A stretch of DNA of 64,000 bases. It comes from Entomortierella parvispora E1425. Its lineage: Eukaryota > Fungi > Mortierellomycota. The stretch spans positions 2,728,001-2,792,000 of the forward strand of contig BQFW01000002.1 in assembly GCA_020891255.1 (NCBI GenBank), written 5' to 3'. Positions within the stretch are counted from its first letter, which is position 1. Each line of letters opens with the position of its first letter. This document shows positions 52,301 to 64,000 of the stretch, piece by piece. Both the position numbers and the translations under genes were made by a program. The notes beneath the pieces are model-generated. The model was not told where the DNA came from. It searched no databases and was given only the letters and a program-made list of their open reading frames with translations.

Positions 52301-54339
52301 TTGGGCTCGGTCATTTGCTCCGAGGGATTTGTCTGAAGGCTCAATGGCCTTGGCGAGGTCTGGGCTGGAGACAGCTGTGATGGCGACGGTACTGAGGCTG
52401 GTGTAGGCGAAACAGGCTTTAGCTGCGGCACTTGCTGCAAAGAAACCTGTCGTTCTTGAGCCTTTGCTGCTTGTTGTTGCATTTGAAATTGCTTCTGCGG
52501 CTCTTGTTCCTGTTTCCGTGGCTCCTGCTGCTGCTTTGATATGGATCGAACGCTATCCTGATGAATCGCCTTTTGTTGGTCACGGTATTGCTGGTCTGTG
52601 CTGGGCATCCGTTGCTGCTTCGGGCTTGGTCTGAACAGCTTGGACAGTCGAGCTCGAAGATTAGGGCTGGATGAATCGCTTTCGTCCGGCTGTTTGAGTG
52701 CTTTGACTCGCTTTGAACCTGTGGTGGAAGTTGATGCAGGTGATGCAGACGCTGAAGAAGAAGAGTGGCGTGCCTGCGATGATGAATTTATAGAAGAAGT
52801 AGCTTTTGGCAACTGTTCTGGTGGTGCGGAAGAGACAGATTGAGGGACTTGTTTTGGCATTGAAGCTTCTGATACAGGAGCTGGTGCAGGAGCAGGGGAG
52901 GATGAAGAGACAGGAATGGGGGCAAGAGCAGAGGCTGTATTACTCGACCTGGAGGTCGCTATGGGTATTGACTGCTGCTGCTGTTGCCCCTGCTGCTGCC
53001 GCTGAAGTGCTGGGGAATCAAGGGTTGGTCTTTGAAGTTGTCTCTGGTGGCGCAATTGCTGCAGCGAGTGTTGGTGGGAAGAGTGGATGCTACTGTCGTC
53101 CGAGAGAACTGACGAGGTCAGTGACGGAGAGGGTGATGTGGCACGCGAGGTCTTTGACAGGGCCGACACGGAGGGTTGACGGATGACATATCGTGGAGGA
53201 CTCAGCAGATCGTCGGACCCTAGTGGCCGTTGTGTGCGACCTCTGCTGTCAAGAGGGTCATTGTTTCCAGCAGTGCTGTTGTCCTCTGTGTACCGATTCG
53301 ATCCTGATCGGAGGGTAGGTCGTTTAGGGAGGAGGTCGTCGTCTTTGTTGTTGATAAAGTAGTCGCTCGCCTCAAGTAGAGTCATCTCCTGGGGAACAGG
53401 TTGATGTACAGTGCCAGTAGCGTCGATGGTGGTAGTTTGGGAATACATGGAAGGCGGGCGTCGATGCCTGTTGCTGCTGTTGCTTAGGTTACTCTGAGTG
53501 CTGTGGCTGCTGTGGCGACTGCTGATGGGCAAAGGGCGAGAAGATGTGGACGATAAGGAGTGGCTGGGGCTTTGAAAGTCCTGGACCCTGGAGGATTGAG
53601 AGGTCAGGTATTGGCTGCTGGTGGGGGAGAATGAGGAAATGACAGGGCGCGAATAGGACGACGAGTTGGCAGGAGAAGTGGCAGCCGCCGACGACGACGA
53701 AGAAGAAGAGGGCAGGAACGCGGCAAAGGATGAAGAGAAGGTAGTTGAGGAAGCAGGAGCCGACGAGAAAGAGTCGCCGTCGAGGAAAGGGAGCTCGAGG
53801 TCGTCAAGAGAGGGCAATCGTGGGAGCAGCATGCTCCCAGGTGCACTCGAACTCGCGTTACTGGTGGGTGGATCGGTGTTGGTGGTGCGGTTGTCAGGGT
53901 AAGACGTCCTTTGTTTCGTACTTGAGGACTGGGCTCTGCCTCCTGTTGTCAAAGCTCCGTTGATATTACGATTGTTATTGCTGCTACTCCTGGCCGACTG
54001 TTTCGAATTGTGCTGCAGGGCCACTCTGGACTGTGCGGGGGACGAGAGGAAGGAGGGGATGATGGTCGAGGCCGACTCGATCGAGGTAATGGAGGGTATC
54101 GAGGTGATTGACGTTATCGACGTTGTCGACGAAGAGGGTATAAGCGGATAGTTGGATGTAGCGGTGGATGTGGCAGGGGAGGTCGAGAGCGAGGATGAGG
54201 TCGACGCGCGCTGGGAGGCTGGCGGAACCTTGGCTGCAGGTGCCGAGGACGACGGCGAATGGAGGTTGGAGACCGTGGCCGCTGTAGGGGCACCGTTGGC
54301 CTGCTGCAGCGGTATCCGTTGACGGTTCTTCTTGGCCAT
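46372..54339 (-). CDS. Very large LRR protein (~2395 aa): S/P/Q-rich N-terminus, ~19-20 SHOC2/Scribble-like LRRs, low-complexity C-terminus
   Basis: Exons 54339-52280, 51672-50727, 50643-48505 and 48414-46372 splice in frame with a regular LxxLxLxxNxLxxLP array. Joining exon 1 requires the GC-AG intron 51673-52279 and is the least certain part. Confidence 0.75.
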
Positions 54340-55172
54340 TGTGCAGGCAGTGTGGTCGGAGCTGGCGGTGAATCTAGACTGCAGGCAGGAATACAAATGC
54401 AGGAGAGGAGAGAGAGTGGAGCAGAAGCAGGAACAGGAAGAGGAAAAGGGAAGGCAATACGTCAGTCGGTTGGTCGATGCGGTCTGGGTATGCAAGGCCA
54501 TGCACATTCAAATGAATTGCAACTGCCATCGAAAGGACCGAATGCGGGATTGCAGCCGAGTCAATTACATTTTCGATTAGACAAGAAAGGGGGGAGGAGG
54601 GATAGACAAAAAAAGAAAAAGTGGGGGAAGGCAAGAGCAAGAGCGATTCAAGGTCGCTCTGGCGTGCAGGTGAGGGGAAAGGAGAGGCAAGGGAGGAATG
54701 AGCGGATGGACAGGAAGGAAGGAAGGAAGGAATGCAGAAGGAAGGGCAAAGAGGACAGCTCCCGTCGACTTTGATTCTCTGTGTCTCTCCGGTCCCCTGG
54801 CCATCATGGACAGATCCCTGGCGAGCGAGAGCAGGCAAGAGTGAGAGAGCAATTGGCCATGCTCCTTGCTTGTTTGTCCCTTCGCCACAAAGTAAAAAGA
54901 AACAATGTTGGACTAGTCTCGCCACAGAGCAGAGCTCCCAAGCCTGGCACATGTCTTTTTGCCGTCCTGCTCAAGGCATGGTTGGCTTGCCCCTTGGACC
55001 ACCTGCGATGTGTTGTTCCTGGTCAATGCTGCACGGGAAGGGAATCAACCAGACAACACGCTTCAAGATAGATACCAGGCCGCGGGAGAGCAGGCAAAAA
55101 GGAGATTGTCAACCCCTCTGGGAAGGCGAGGGAGAATGAGAACAATGTGTGTCAGGGAGGGACAGGCATGAT

Positions 55173-57293
55173 TTATTCCACTTTTTGCAACGGCTCGTTT
55201 TCGGACCCGCTCGCCTGGCCTTTGTTTTTGAGGTCAAGCCGAGTAGACAGCGACTCTTGCAAGATTTTGTACTTGTTCTTCACAAGAGCATCCAGGCGGA
55301 ACTTTGGATCCAGAGGATCAATGAATTCGCCGGTGAGATAGTGTGGTATTGACGAGTGCAGAATATCGGAGCTCCCTGGAGAAATGTCGTTCGAGAATCG
55401 AGCCTTTGGTGGAGGCTCGTAGCGTGCGGGATGGTTGGAATGGCTGAGCAGGTTCTGCATCCGAAGGCTTACCTTTTTGAGAATCCTAGAGGGGGTAAAA
55501 GTGACAATGTTAACCTCTGTTCGTGACTAGGGAAGGGAGAAGCAGTGCAGTCAAAAGATATCTTACCTATCCTCTACTCCGGCCATTGAAGCTGCTGCCA
55601 TGATCGTGTCCCAGCCACGCTCAAATTCAGCCTCTGTCGTAACTGGTTTCGGCACTCCATTCGCGACATAGAGTGGTACGGCACCCAAGGCTCCCTGTCG
55701 GATCACCCAAGGCAATCTATCCAAAATCTTGCGTGTTCGATTCTCAGCTGCAAAAGCCAGTGCTCTTTCTTGGATAGTCGTCATCTCGTCGTCAGGCTCA
55801 TCATCAGGGTTCAAAACCTTGGTGCTCATGGCTGTATCCCGGTACAAAGGCAAGATTTTTTCACGGAGAATGTCCCGAACGTCATGATCCATCCTATGCT
55901 CTTTTCCCTTGCGATACTGCCTCTGACCAAAAGAAGTCATCTCTTCGTTAAAGAATTTTTGAACTTGCAAGAGACGCGTATTGGCCGCCCGCTCGTCTGC
56001 ATGTCGTTCATGTTTTCTTTTTTTCCTGGCTGCCCTTGCTTCCCGCTGCCGTAGTTCTCTCCTTGCCTCATCTGCCTCTACATCGTATTCGGCGCCTGAC
56101 TCTTCATTGTGGTTTTCCAAGTGTGGCTCTAGCTCTTCGTCCATTTCATGATCTGAGCTTTCTGAGCTGGTATCACTGTAATCCTTCGTAGTCTTGGGTA
56201 CGCCTGTCAGCTCTTTCACAAATTTGGCCGCATGTTCGTCATAGTCATGAACCTGTCTTGGCACGTTCATAAATTGAGATGCACTCTCGGGTATACTATC
56301 ATACAGAAGAGTAAACGTATTGTCAGTATTACATCTTTTTAATGGCCACCTTGCATTTGATTCGGGTCTCGTCACTTACGAAGGGAGAAATCCCTCTCGA
56401 ACAGGCCATCGATAGTTCTCGTCCTTTTTTCTTGGATCAAGTGCCATTAAGGATAGAGCACTCATAGCCTTCTGCTCCTGAGTCATTAGCGTGTGTACCA
56501 TCGATGTCAGAGGCTTTTCCCCACCCTTGAAGCTTTGTCCGAAAAAAGTGGGACCATTCTCCCAAACAGACGACTCGTTAGCTTGCGCAAAGTCGATATC
56601 CTCATCCTCCTTTTTGACCATCACAGGTGCGGAAATCTGATCTGCCTCCTCGTCGTCGTCGTCTTCGGCATCATTGATATTATTAACGTCGTCGTCCTCG
56701 TCGTCGTGGCTGTCCTCTGATTCACTAGAGCTGTTGTCCTCATTGGAATCCAAGTCACTGGCTTCTTTCTCAGCAGATGTCCTTTGAAGTTTTTCCTTCC
56801 TCCGTTTCGCCTTCCGTTCTACAGCCTTTGCACGACCGGCCTGATCCTTCGAAGCGATGGACCTCTTTGACTTCGCTTCCGTAGACTTTTTGCTGCCGTT
56901 TCCTTTAATTGCCGATTGCTCGTATGAATGTTGGTCCTTATCGCTACCGCTGTCGCTCTCGCTTTGACGGTTTGTTGAGCGCGGCCTCTTGCCTTTACTG
57001 TCCTGCAGCTCTGGTGATTTCCGTCTCTTTTTGGACAATGGCTTCCAGCTGTCACCTTCGTCCGAATCAGAGTCGGCCCTGCCATGACGTTGCCTAGTCT
57101 TTTCTCTGCCATCGCCATCAGCGCCATTGACTCTATTCTGGGGTTGGCTTTGAGAGGTGTGTTGAGAATCTTGATTCAAGTGAGTGTCGCCATAGGTAAT
57201 GATTCGAGTCAGCTCCTCGTCCTGCTGGACCAGTTCATGCAGCGCCTCGGCTGCTTTTTTCTTGGCAGCTCGTGGAGCACGTTCCCTTGGCAT
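55173..57293 (-). CDS. Hypothetical nuclear-type protein (acidic/basic low-complexity N-terminus, helical C-terminus), 3 exons
   Basis: Three ORFs are joined in frame by GTAAGT/GTAAGA introns. NLS-like KKRRK and ARKKRKH. Family not recognised. Confidence 0.7.
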
Positions 57294-57667
57294 GTCTCTG
57301 ACGAATGAGGTGAAGGAAGGGAATGAGGGGAGGGAGAGTCGACTAGCCGACTGATCCTGTCTGTCTGGCTGTCCTTGCTGTCGAATACGAGTAGAATGGG
57401 CGAAGGCAATGCAATGCTACACTTGAAAGATGGGAAAGAAAAAAAAGAAAAGGACGACTGAGATTCCAATGAAGGCTTAGACATGCAAGGTCTGTTGATT
57501 TTTGCTCGCCCCCTTTCCTTTCGTGGGACACACGACAGACACACAGACACACACACAGAGACACACACAGTTTCGCCCAAAGGGAGACTGAAAAAAGTAG
57601 TCAACTCCATCCCCTCCATTCCCTTTCCATTCTTCCATCCCTCTTTCTCTCGCCCTTCACGCTCATC

Positions 57668-60662
57668 ATGGGAAACTCATCCTCCGCATCAAAGGACTCG
57701 GCCGACCCCATGACCCTGGACTCGCTTTGTTTGGGAAAGGCCCCTGCGGACTGGGACTACTCTCAAGACTCAAAGCAGCACCATGATATCACTGGTAAAC
57801 TGTCCGCCATTCATCAAATATGGAATTACGCCGAGCGCGAATTCTCTCCTCTTTATTCCCAGTGTACAATTGCATGATGTCTGACCTCTTTTCCATTCTT
57901 TTCTTTCTATCCCTCACGACCTTTGTCTCTTGGCTCTTGTGTTCCTCATTCTGCTTTTCGGGAATTTTAGCCCCCGTGATGGAAAGGATTGAACCTGTTG
58001 GACCCCAATTTCTGGCCCATGCCCGTCGTCAGCTTTTCAAGCGCTCTTTCTCAGAGGATGAGGCACATCAAGCCAAATCCGAGGCTGAGGCTGCTGCCGC
58101 TGCACAGTTGGCTGAAGATGCAGAAAACAGCGACTTTGAGATCGAACCTGATCATAAGGATGATTTGCGAAGAGATGCAAAGGAGTGGAAGACCCAGGAT
58201 CATTACCGCATGCTTGGACTAGGAACAATCCGCTGGAGGGCTACCAGGGGAATGATCAAGAAGGCCCGTACGTATCGTATTTATTGTGCGGATATTCTTG
58301 TATTCATTGCAGATCGAGGTCTATTTTTTTTTAATTAACCCTAGATATCTCCAACAATCACACTCGCATCCCACCTTATTTTACGCAGATCGTACAAAGG
58401 TTCTTGTTCATCATCCGGACAAGAAATCGGCCGCGTCTGGTGGAAACTCTTCTCATGACGACGGATTTTTCAAATGTCTGCAAAAGGCCTACGAGATTCT
58501 CTCTGATGATGTGAAGCGTAAGCAATACGACTCTGTGGATCCCATTCCTGAAGAATCATACTCGGCCTTGAAGGATGGAGCAGATTTACCCTTCACAGAG
58601 GCGTGGGCTCCGGTGTTTGAACGTGAATCTCGATTCTCGAGTACAGATCGGGCAAAGATCCCCAAGATTGGCACCATGAAGTCGACCAAGGCTGAAGTCG
58701 AGGCATTCTATGGTTTCTGGTATGATTTTGATTCCTGGAGAACGTTCGAGTACTTGGATAAGGAAGAAGGCGATGCTGCCGAAAAGTAAGTTGTCCTATA
58801 TTCTGTTACTTTCTACTGTCACAGGAAACGATATCACTGGAAACTTACGTCAAATATTTCCTTTTTTTTTCAGCCGCGATGACAAACGTTACTTGGAAAA
58901 GAAAAACAAGGCTGAGCGCGCAAAGCTGAAGAAGGAGGATATGGCACGTCTTCGAAAGCTGGTAGATACTGCTTTTGCATTGGATCCTCGCATGGCAGCT
59001 TTCAAGGAGCAGGAAAAGGAGCTCAAGGAGGCCAAGAAGAGGGAGAGGCAGGAGCAAGCCAACAAACTTAAACAGGACGCGGATCGTGAGGCCGCCCTTG
59101 CTAAAGAGTTGGAGGAGGAGCGTGAGAGCGAAGAGAGGCTCAAGAAAGAAGAAGAGCGCAAGGAAAAGGAAGCAAAGAAGAAGACAGTTCGTAAAGAAAA
59201 GAAGAACATCAAGACATTGGTCAAGGTAAAGTCAACGAAATCGCAAAAAAAAAAAAAAAAAAAGGAAAGCAACTCATCATTGCCCTTCCTCTCTTCTGTT
59301 ATAGGATGCCAACTACGGTTACGCCAAGGGTGCCCACATCTCGCCTTCATCCCTTGAGATCTATCTGTCCGAGTTGGAGACAATGCTTGACAAGCTGACT
59401 TTGGAAGACCTTGAGAAAATCAGCAAGGACCTTGGTACTGCCAAGACGAGCAACGAGGATAAGCAAAAGGTTTTGTCCGCCTTTGCTCAAAGGCTTGTCC
59501 GGGACGGATTGGCTACTACTGAGAATCTCTCACAATTTGGAACAGGTAAGACATATGGCACGCCGATATCCTCCCTCTGTAAAGTGCAGCCATATGTCTT
59601 GTATTAATTCTCTTTCTTCCTGCTGCGCTGATAATCCTATAGAAACTGTTGAACGTGTTGTGAAAAAGACGGCCGATACTCCAACCGCTACCACTCTTTC
59701 GCCTTCTTCACCCTCCACTGCTGGATCTTCGAATACCCCTACCAAGGAATGGTCAGTTGAGGAAGTCGCCCTTCTGATCAAGGCCGCTAACAAATTTCCA
59801 GGAGGTGTCAGCAACCGTTGGGATACTATTGCTGCCTATGTGGCTTTGCACACTGGTCTCCCTCAACGCGACGCCGACGATGTGATCAAAAAGTCAAAGG
59901 CAGTTCAAAAGGGCTCTTCTCAAGAGGCTACTGTGCGTCAATTGCAATTTCAGAAAAAGACGTACGATATCGCGGATGCGCCCTCGGTCAGATACGACAT
60001 CGAGGGTGAAGTCCCACCCGTCGTGTCCGCAAGTGACGACACCAAGGCTTCAACTGCGCAAGCCATCGCCGCGGCTGCTGCTGTCGGTGCAGGCTCCAAA
60101 ACAAAGCCAAAGAAGAAGGCTCCAACCGCCGCGGACGTTCCCGCTGCTGCAAAGCCCATCGCTCCCACGCCTCCCACAGCTGCGACTCCACCTACATCTG
60201 GAAAGACTGCGGCTTTAGCCGCAGTGTCCTCGCCTGTCGCTGCAGCTGCTCCCCCAGCGGCATCTCTTTGGACTACAGCCGAACAAAAATCATTGGAAGC
60301 AGGTCTCAAGTCATTCCCACCTTCTTGGCAAGGAGAGGGTGATCGCTGGGATAAAATTGCAGAGGCTGTTCCAGGCCGTACCAAAAAGGAATGCAAGCTT
60401 CGAGTCAAGGTAAAAGAGAGAAAAAGAGAGGAAATGAGTCTACTAGACTATACAAATGAGCGTGAGACTACGGTTAATTGGGGAGGGGTTTGGCTCTGCA
60501 GGGAAGAACAATAACGAGAGCCTGGGCCATTTTATGTAAGGTTGGTGACTAATCCGCACCGATGGGCGTTCACCTATGAAATACTGTTCTCTATTCCTGT
60601 TCTTTTTTTCATAGTTCCTGCAAGATCAAGCGAAAGCTCAGAAGGCCGCGGCCGGCAAATAA
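57668..60662 (+). CDS. ZUO1: Zuotin/DNAJC2 (MPP11) ribosome-associated J-protein with two SANT/Myb domains, 7 exons
   Basis: EPVGPQFLAHARR, WKTQDHY, J-domain HHPDKK, FWYDFDSWRTFEYLD, RDDKRY, and SANT1 WSVEE..RWDTIA plus SANT2 WTTAEQ..RWDKIA. Confidence 0.96.
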
Positions 60663-60839
60663 GCTGATGATAGAAAAAAAACATTGTATTATATTTACAG
60701 TTGGAAGAAGGCTATTATTGCTATAGGACATGGAACTCGGGGTGCATGTACATTTCGCCGGTAGAGTAATAGAGTACAGGGGGACAGCAAAAAGGCGGAA
60801 AAAACCAGATGCTCACTTGCAGATAGCTGACGTGGTTGG

Positions 60840-63395
60840 CTAGAAATGACCGGGATGCTGAAGATATGGGCTGGTATGCCCTTGGTGGTATTGCTGTTGT
60901 TGTGGGTGCTCATGACGTGACAAACCATGGTCCACATACTGCTCATGGCGTGGTGAAGGATGGTACGGCGATCTCTCTTGTTGATGGTACTGCTGTTGTT
61001 GTTGTTGATTCTGATGCGGTGAGTAGAACCCAGGTTCGGAAGGAGATCCGGAGAGAAAGGAAGTTGGTCTTTGGCTTCCAACGCCGCCTCCTCCGCGGAC
61101 AACAGTGGGCTCTTTAGAAGGTGGGCGAAGCTCGAGTTCTTTTTCTTCATGTTCCCACTTCTCTCGATCATCTCGATCGCGCCCTTGTCCTTGCCCCTGG
61201 CCCAACGGGTGTGACATCCGATCTCTTGTCGGCGTTGGCTGCGTAGCAATCCAGTGCTCGTTGGGCTGACTGCGGGGCTGCAAATCAATATTACTGTTGT
61301 TTCCACTACTGCCAAAGTACGGTGGCCGACTCATGTCTGGCGTTTGCGGAGAGGGGTAATGTCGAGGATGGGGAGGTTGTGCCAGAGGTCGCATTGGAAC
61401 AGGATGAACTGGAGGGAGTCCCACAGGCGAATGAGGTCGGGATGAAAATCCCGGGGGTGCGGGAGTTTGAGCGGGAGAAAAGCAGGACTGGGTCGCGGTC
61501 GTGCTCTGGCGTCGAGCAGTTCGGCGAGATCCCAGCAGCGGAGATCTCTGCAAACTTGAGGATCCATAGTACTCGTACGACAGCGGCCGTTTAATATCTG
61601 GTCGGGCGGCTGCCACAGGTGTGGGTGGTGCGGTCGCTGCTGCTTCCCAATTGTCACGCGATCTGTCTCCAACCCTGATCCGTTTTGCGTCCTGCTGCAT
61701 GATTGGTGGTGGTGGAGGACTCTTCATGCCCATGGGCGAGTGAGGCTGTGGTCGTTGAAGAGAACGCGGCTTTGGGGATGGTTGAGCTTGGTGGTGGAAT
61801 GATAGGTGGTGTGGAGTCTGGGTCGGACGCGGTGGATAAGAGTGCTCCTCCTGTGGGTGAGATTGAGTATGACTGTGGTGGTACCCTGAATGCTGTTCTC
61901 CCATCACCATCCTTGGTCCCCTTGCTCCTGAAGAGGGCTCTGACCAAGACGCCGCACTCTGGTGTTGTGGCCGAAATCCACCTTCTTCCTCCAAGCTAAG
62001 CTTGGACAAACTAACAGTCGATCCCTTTCTCGAGAGGGGTGATGTCGATCGGGGCCAGGATTGATGCTCCCGCGGCGAAGGAGGGCGGTATTGCCCCTGC
62101 GGACGATGCTGTGGTTGCTGGAACGTTGTGGGGGGCTGGGGACCCTCAGCCTCTCTTGGCCGTTTTAAGCTAGGCTCAATTTTAGCAATGGGACCCTGGT
62201 AATGTTGATAATGAGGATGATGAGGATACGATGGAGAATATACCGCTGCTGCAGAAGAGGGTCGTGGCGGTGGTGGTTGTGAAGGATATGATACTGGCGC
62301 TGTCGAGGCTTTTGCGGCTGACGAGGATTCTGCATCCGCTAATTGACCAGATGAGGTGTGCAGTCGCTGCTGTGCCAACTCCTTCTCCCTTGCCGCCTTC
62401 CTCTGCTTCTCCTCCTCCTTGAGCTGCTTGGTCTTTGCCTGGTGAAGCTGCTTCTGCCGCTGGAGATCCCACTGCAAGTACTCTTCCTGCCGTCTTAGTT
62501 TCTCATCCAGAGCACGCTGCTTCTCGGCTGCCTGGGCCGCCTGGATTTTCTTTCGTTGTTGCCACCGTTCTTTTTGCTCCTTTTCGTGTTGGATAAGCTC
62601 TTGCTCTAATTGCTCGCGTGTCCTCGTCTTCTGTGGTACCGGTTGCTGCTGTTTTTGTTGCTGGATATGGGGCTGGGGCGCGATTTGGGGCTGTTGTGAG
62701 AGGCGAGGGGGTGGAGGCGATTGCATCTGTGCTCGATGTTCCTGCGGGTACCCAAAATTCTGTTGCGCACGAGGCGGCTCCGAGTTTCTGGGCTCCAACA
62801 GTTGACTATTTGGCCTTTGTTGCTGTTGTTGCTGTTGTTGATGCTGTTGTGTGGGTAGGTGCTGTGAGTTGTGTTGTGGGTGCTCTGCATGAGTTGGTCC
62901 GAGTGCACGGTGTGCCAGGGGCGCATGTGCATACTGATGTGGCAGAGGCAGAGGCGGTGAAGACATCTCGTCCCGTCGGCGTGCGTGTGGTTGAGAGATA
63001 AGCTGAGATAGGTGAGATTGTGGAGGGGGAGAACAGGGTGCAGGCTCGCCGCGACTGAATTCTCGGGGAAACTCTTGTTGATTGGACTGCAACTGGTGGT
63101 TATGGTAACCTCTCGGTGATGGAGGAGTGTTTTCGACTCGACCATGCTTGGCTGTCTCTTCCCTTGAGCGGGTCCAAGCAGCATCTCGAGTATCGCTATG
63201 GGGGGGAGGAGGAGGATAATATGGAAGATGATGGGAGATCGGGTCTGAGGAAGGGTGCCTTTGGTGGTGATGAGGATGAGAGTGGGGGTAGGAAGGATGG
63301 GAGTGGCGATTATGGGACTGTTGTGGGAGGGGATGCGGATGCGGATGGGTATAGGGCGACTCTGGTGGGTGCCGATATGTCTCCATGGTAGCCAT
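60840..63395 (-). CDS. Pro/Gln/His-rich intrinsically disordered protein with a central coiled coil (~851 aa, single exon)
   Basis: Long stop-free ORF from MATMETYRHPP. Charged helix EQELIQHEKEQKERWQQRKK... No recognised folded domain. Confidence 0.7.
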   Translation of the reverse strand: MATMETYRHPPESPYTHPHPHPLPQQSHNRHSHPSYPHSHPHHHQRHPSSDPISHHLPYYPPPPPHSDTRDAAWTRSREETAKHGRVENTPPSPRGYHNHQLQSNQQEFPREFSRGEPAPCSPPPQSHLSQLISQPHARRRDEMSSPPLPLPHQYAHAPLAHRALGPTHAEHPQHNSQHLPTQQHQQQQQQQQRPNSQLLEPRNSEPPRAQQNFGYPQEHRAQMQSPPPPRLSQQPQIAPQPHIQQQKQQQPVPQKTRTREQLEQELIQHEKEQKERWQQRKKIQAAQAAEKQRALDEKLRRQEEYLQWDLQRQKQLHQAKTKQLKEEEKQRKAAREKELAQQRLHTSSGQLADAESSSAAKASTAPVSYPSQPPPPRPSSAAAVYSPSYPHHPHYQHYQGPIAKIEPSLKRPREAEGPQPPTTFQQPQHRPQGQYRPPSPREHQSWPRSTSPLSRKGSTVSLSKLSLEEEGGFRPQHQSAASWSEPSSGARGPRMVMGEQHSGYHHSHTQSHPQEEHSYPPRPTQTPHHLSFHHQAQPSPKPRSLQRPQPHSPMGMKSPPPPPIMQQDAKRIRVGDRSRDNWEAAATAPPTPVAAARPDIKRPLSYEYYGSSSLQRSPLLGSRRTARRQSTTATQSCFSPAQTPAPPGFSSRPHSPVGLPPVHPVPMRPLAQPPHPRHYPSPQTPDMSRPPYFGSSGNNSNIDLQPRSQPNEHWIATQPTPTRDRMSHPLGQGQGQGRDRDDREKWEHEEKELELRPPSKEPTVVRGGGGVGSQRPTSFLSGSPSEPGFYSPHQNQQQQQQYHQQERSPYHPSPRHEQYVDHGLSRHEHPQQQQYHQGHTSPYLQHPGHF

Positions 63396-64000
63396 CCTTG
63401 GACTCTGGATGATGTTGATACAAAAGGGGAACGAAGGTGGGTGAGGGAAGGTAAGAGAGGTGAAAGAGATGAGCGAGTGCGAGAAGATACAAAAGTGGAG
63501 GGAGGAAGCGAGGGATGAGCAACTGAGCAAAGGAACAAACGGCGGATATTAATGGGATGAGAGGAAGGGCCAAGGGTATTAATTATTACGGTGAAGGTTC
63601 GAAGGGCAGGAGGGAAAGTGGAAGAGAAAAGACCGAATGTGAAAAAGAGTTGAAAACGAGTAAGGACAAAGAGCTGGATAAGGCGGAGATTCAGAACTGA
63701 GCGATCACTTGCTGGGTTGTAGGATTGAATAGTGACTGAATGACAGGGGCACAGGCTGTAGAAAACGATAAAATGAAGAAAGAGTGAGCTGCTGAACGCG
63801 TCTTCAGCCCAAGAGAGTCAAAATGGGATGATTTTCTCAGTGAAAAAGGGACATTTTAAAAGAATTGGGTGTTCAAACACACTGAATGGTTTCTCCCGGA
63901 TTGAATTAAAGAGCAGAAAAGGGTATTGAAAGGGAAGATGGTCCCTGCATCTACTCAGCTGCGAGGCCGTCCGTGAGCAAGAAAACTTTTAGTGTCACCG

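Noticed and set aside
55173-57293. Rrn9-like identity for the hypothetical protein (YRWP..LP segment)
   Set aside because: The similarity is too short to support without an HMM search.
52156-63573. Long antisense and alternate-frame ORFs over low-complexity genes
   Set aside because: Expected shadows of repetitive S/Q/P-rich coding sequence.

Overview
Gene-dense, intron-rich fungal DNA. Mortierellaceae (Mucoromycota) is the most likely origin, inferred from short introns with poly(A/T) tracts, a Mortierella-type F-box/LRR remnant and a zuotin with SANT domains. Manual splicing gives about 24 intact genes, including UBP8/USP22, two YqjM-type Old Yellow Enzymes flanking MOCS2A, RPT3, ATG12, EFG1-like, a hemerythrin, a KCH-like membrane protein, two tandem carboxylesterases, PHO81/NUC-2, OPA3, VMA10, asparagine synthetase, a Ub-like protein, an MFS transporter, a ~2400-aa LRR protein and ZUO1/DNAJC2. 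There are also two pseudogenes (F-box/LRR; C2H2-ZF plus HNH-like). I recognised no tRNA, rRNA or CRISPR features. The most notable observations are: (1) 4 of about 56 introns need GC-AG splice sites, three of them first introns; (2) an intact but catalytically dead carboxylesterase lies next to an active paralog; (3) a decayed spliced gene fuses C2H2 fingers to an HNH-like motif and carries a 7-bp footprint-like duplication; (4) an inverted OYE pair brackets MOCS2A and differs at the Arg finger; (5) a Ub-like protein lacks the di-Gly; (6) zuotin has a predicted N-myristoylated extension; (7) CLEAR-like and PACE-like motifs sit in the shared RPT3/ATG12 promoter. All calls come from reading the sequence by eye; no database searches were run.
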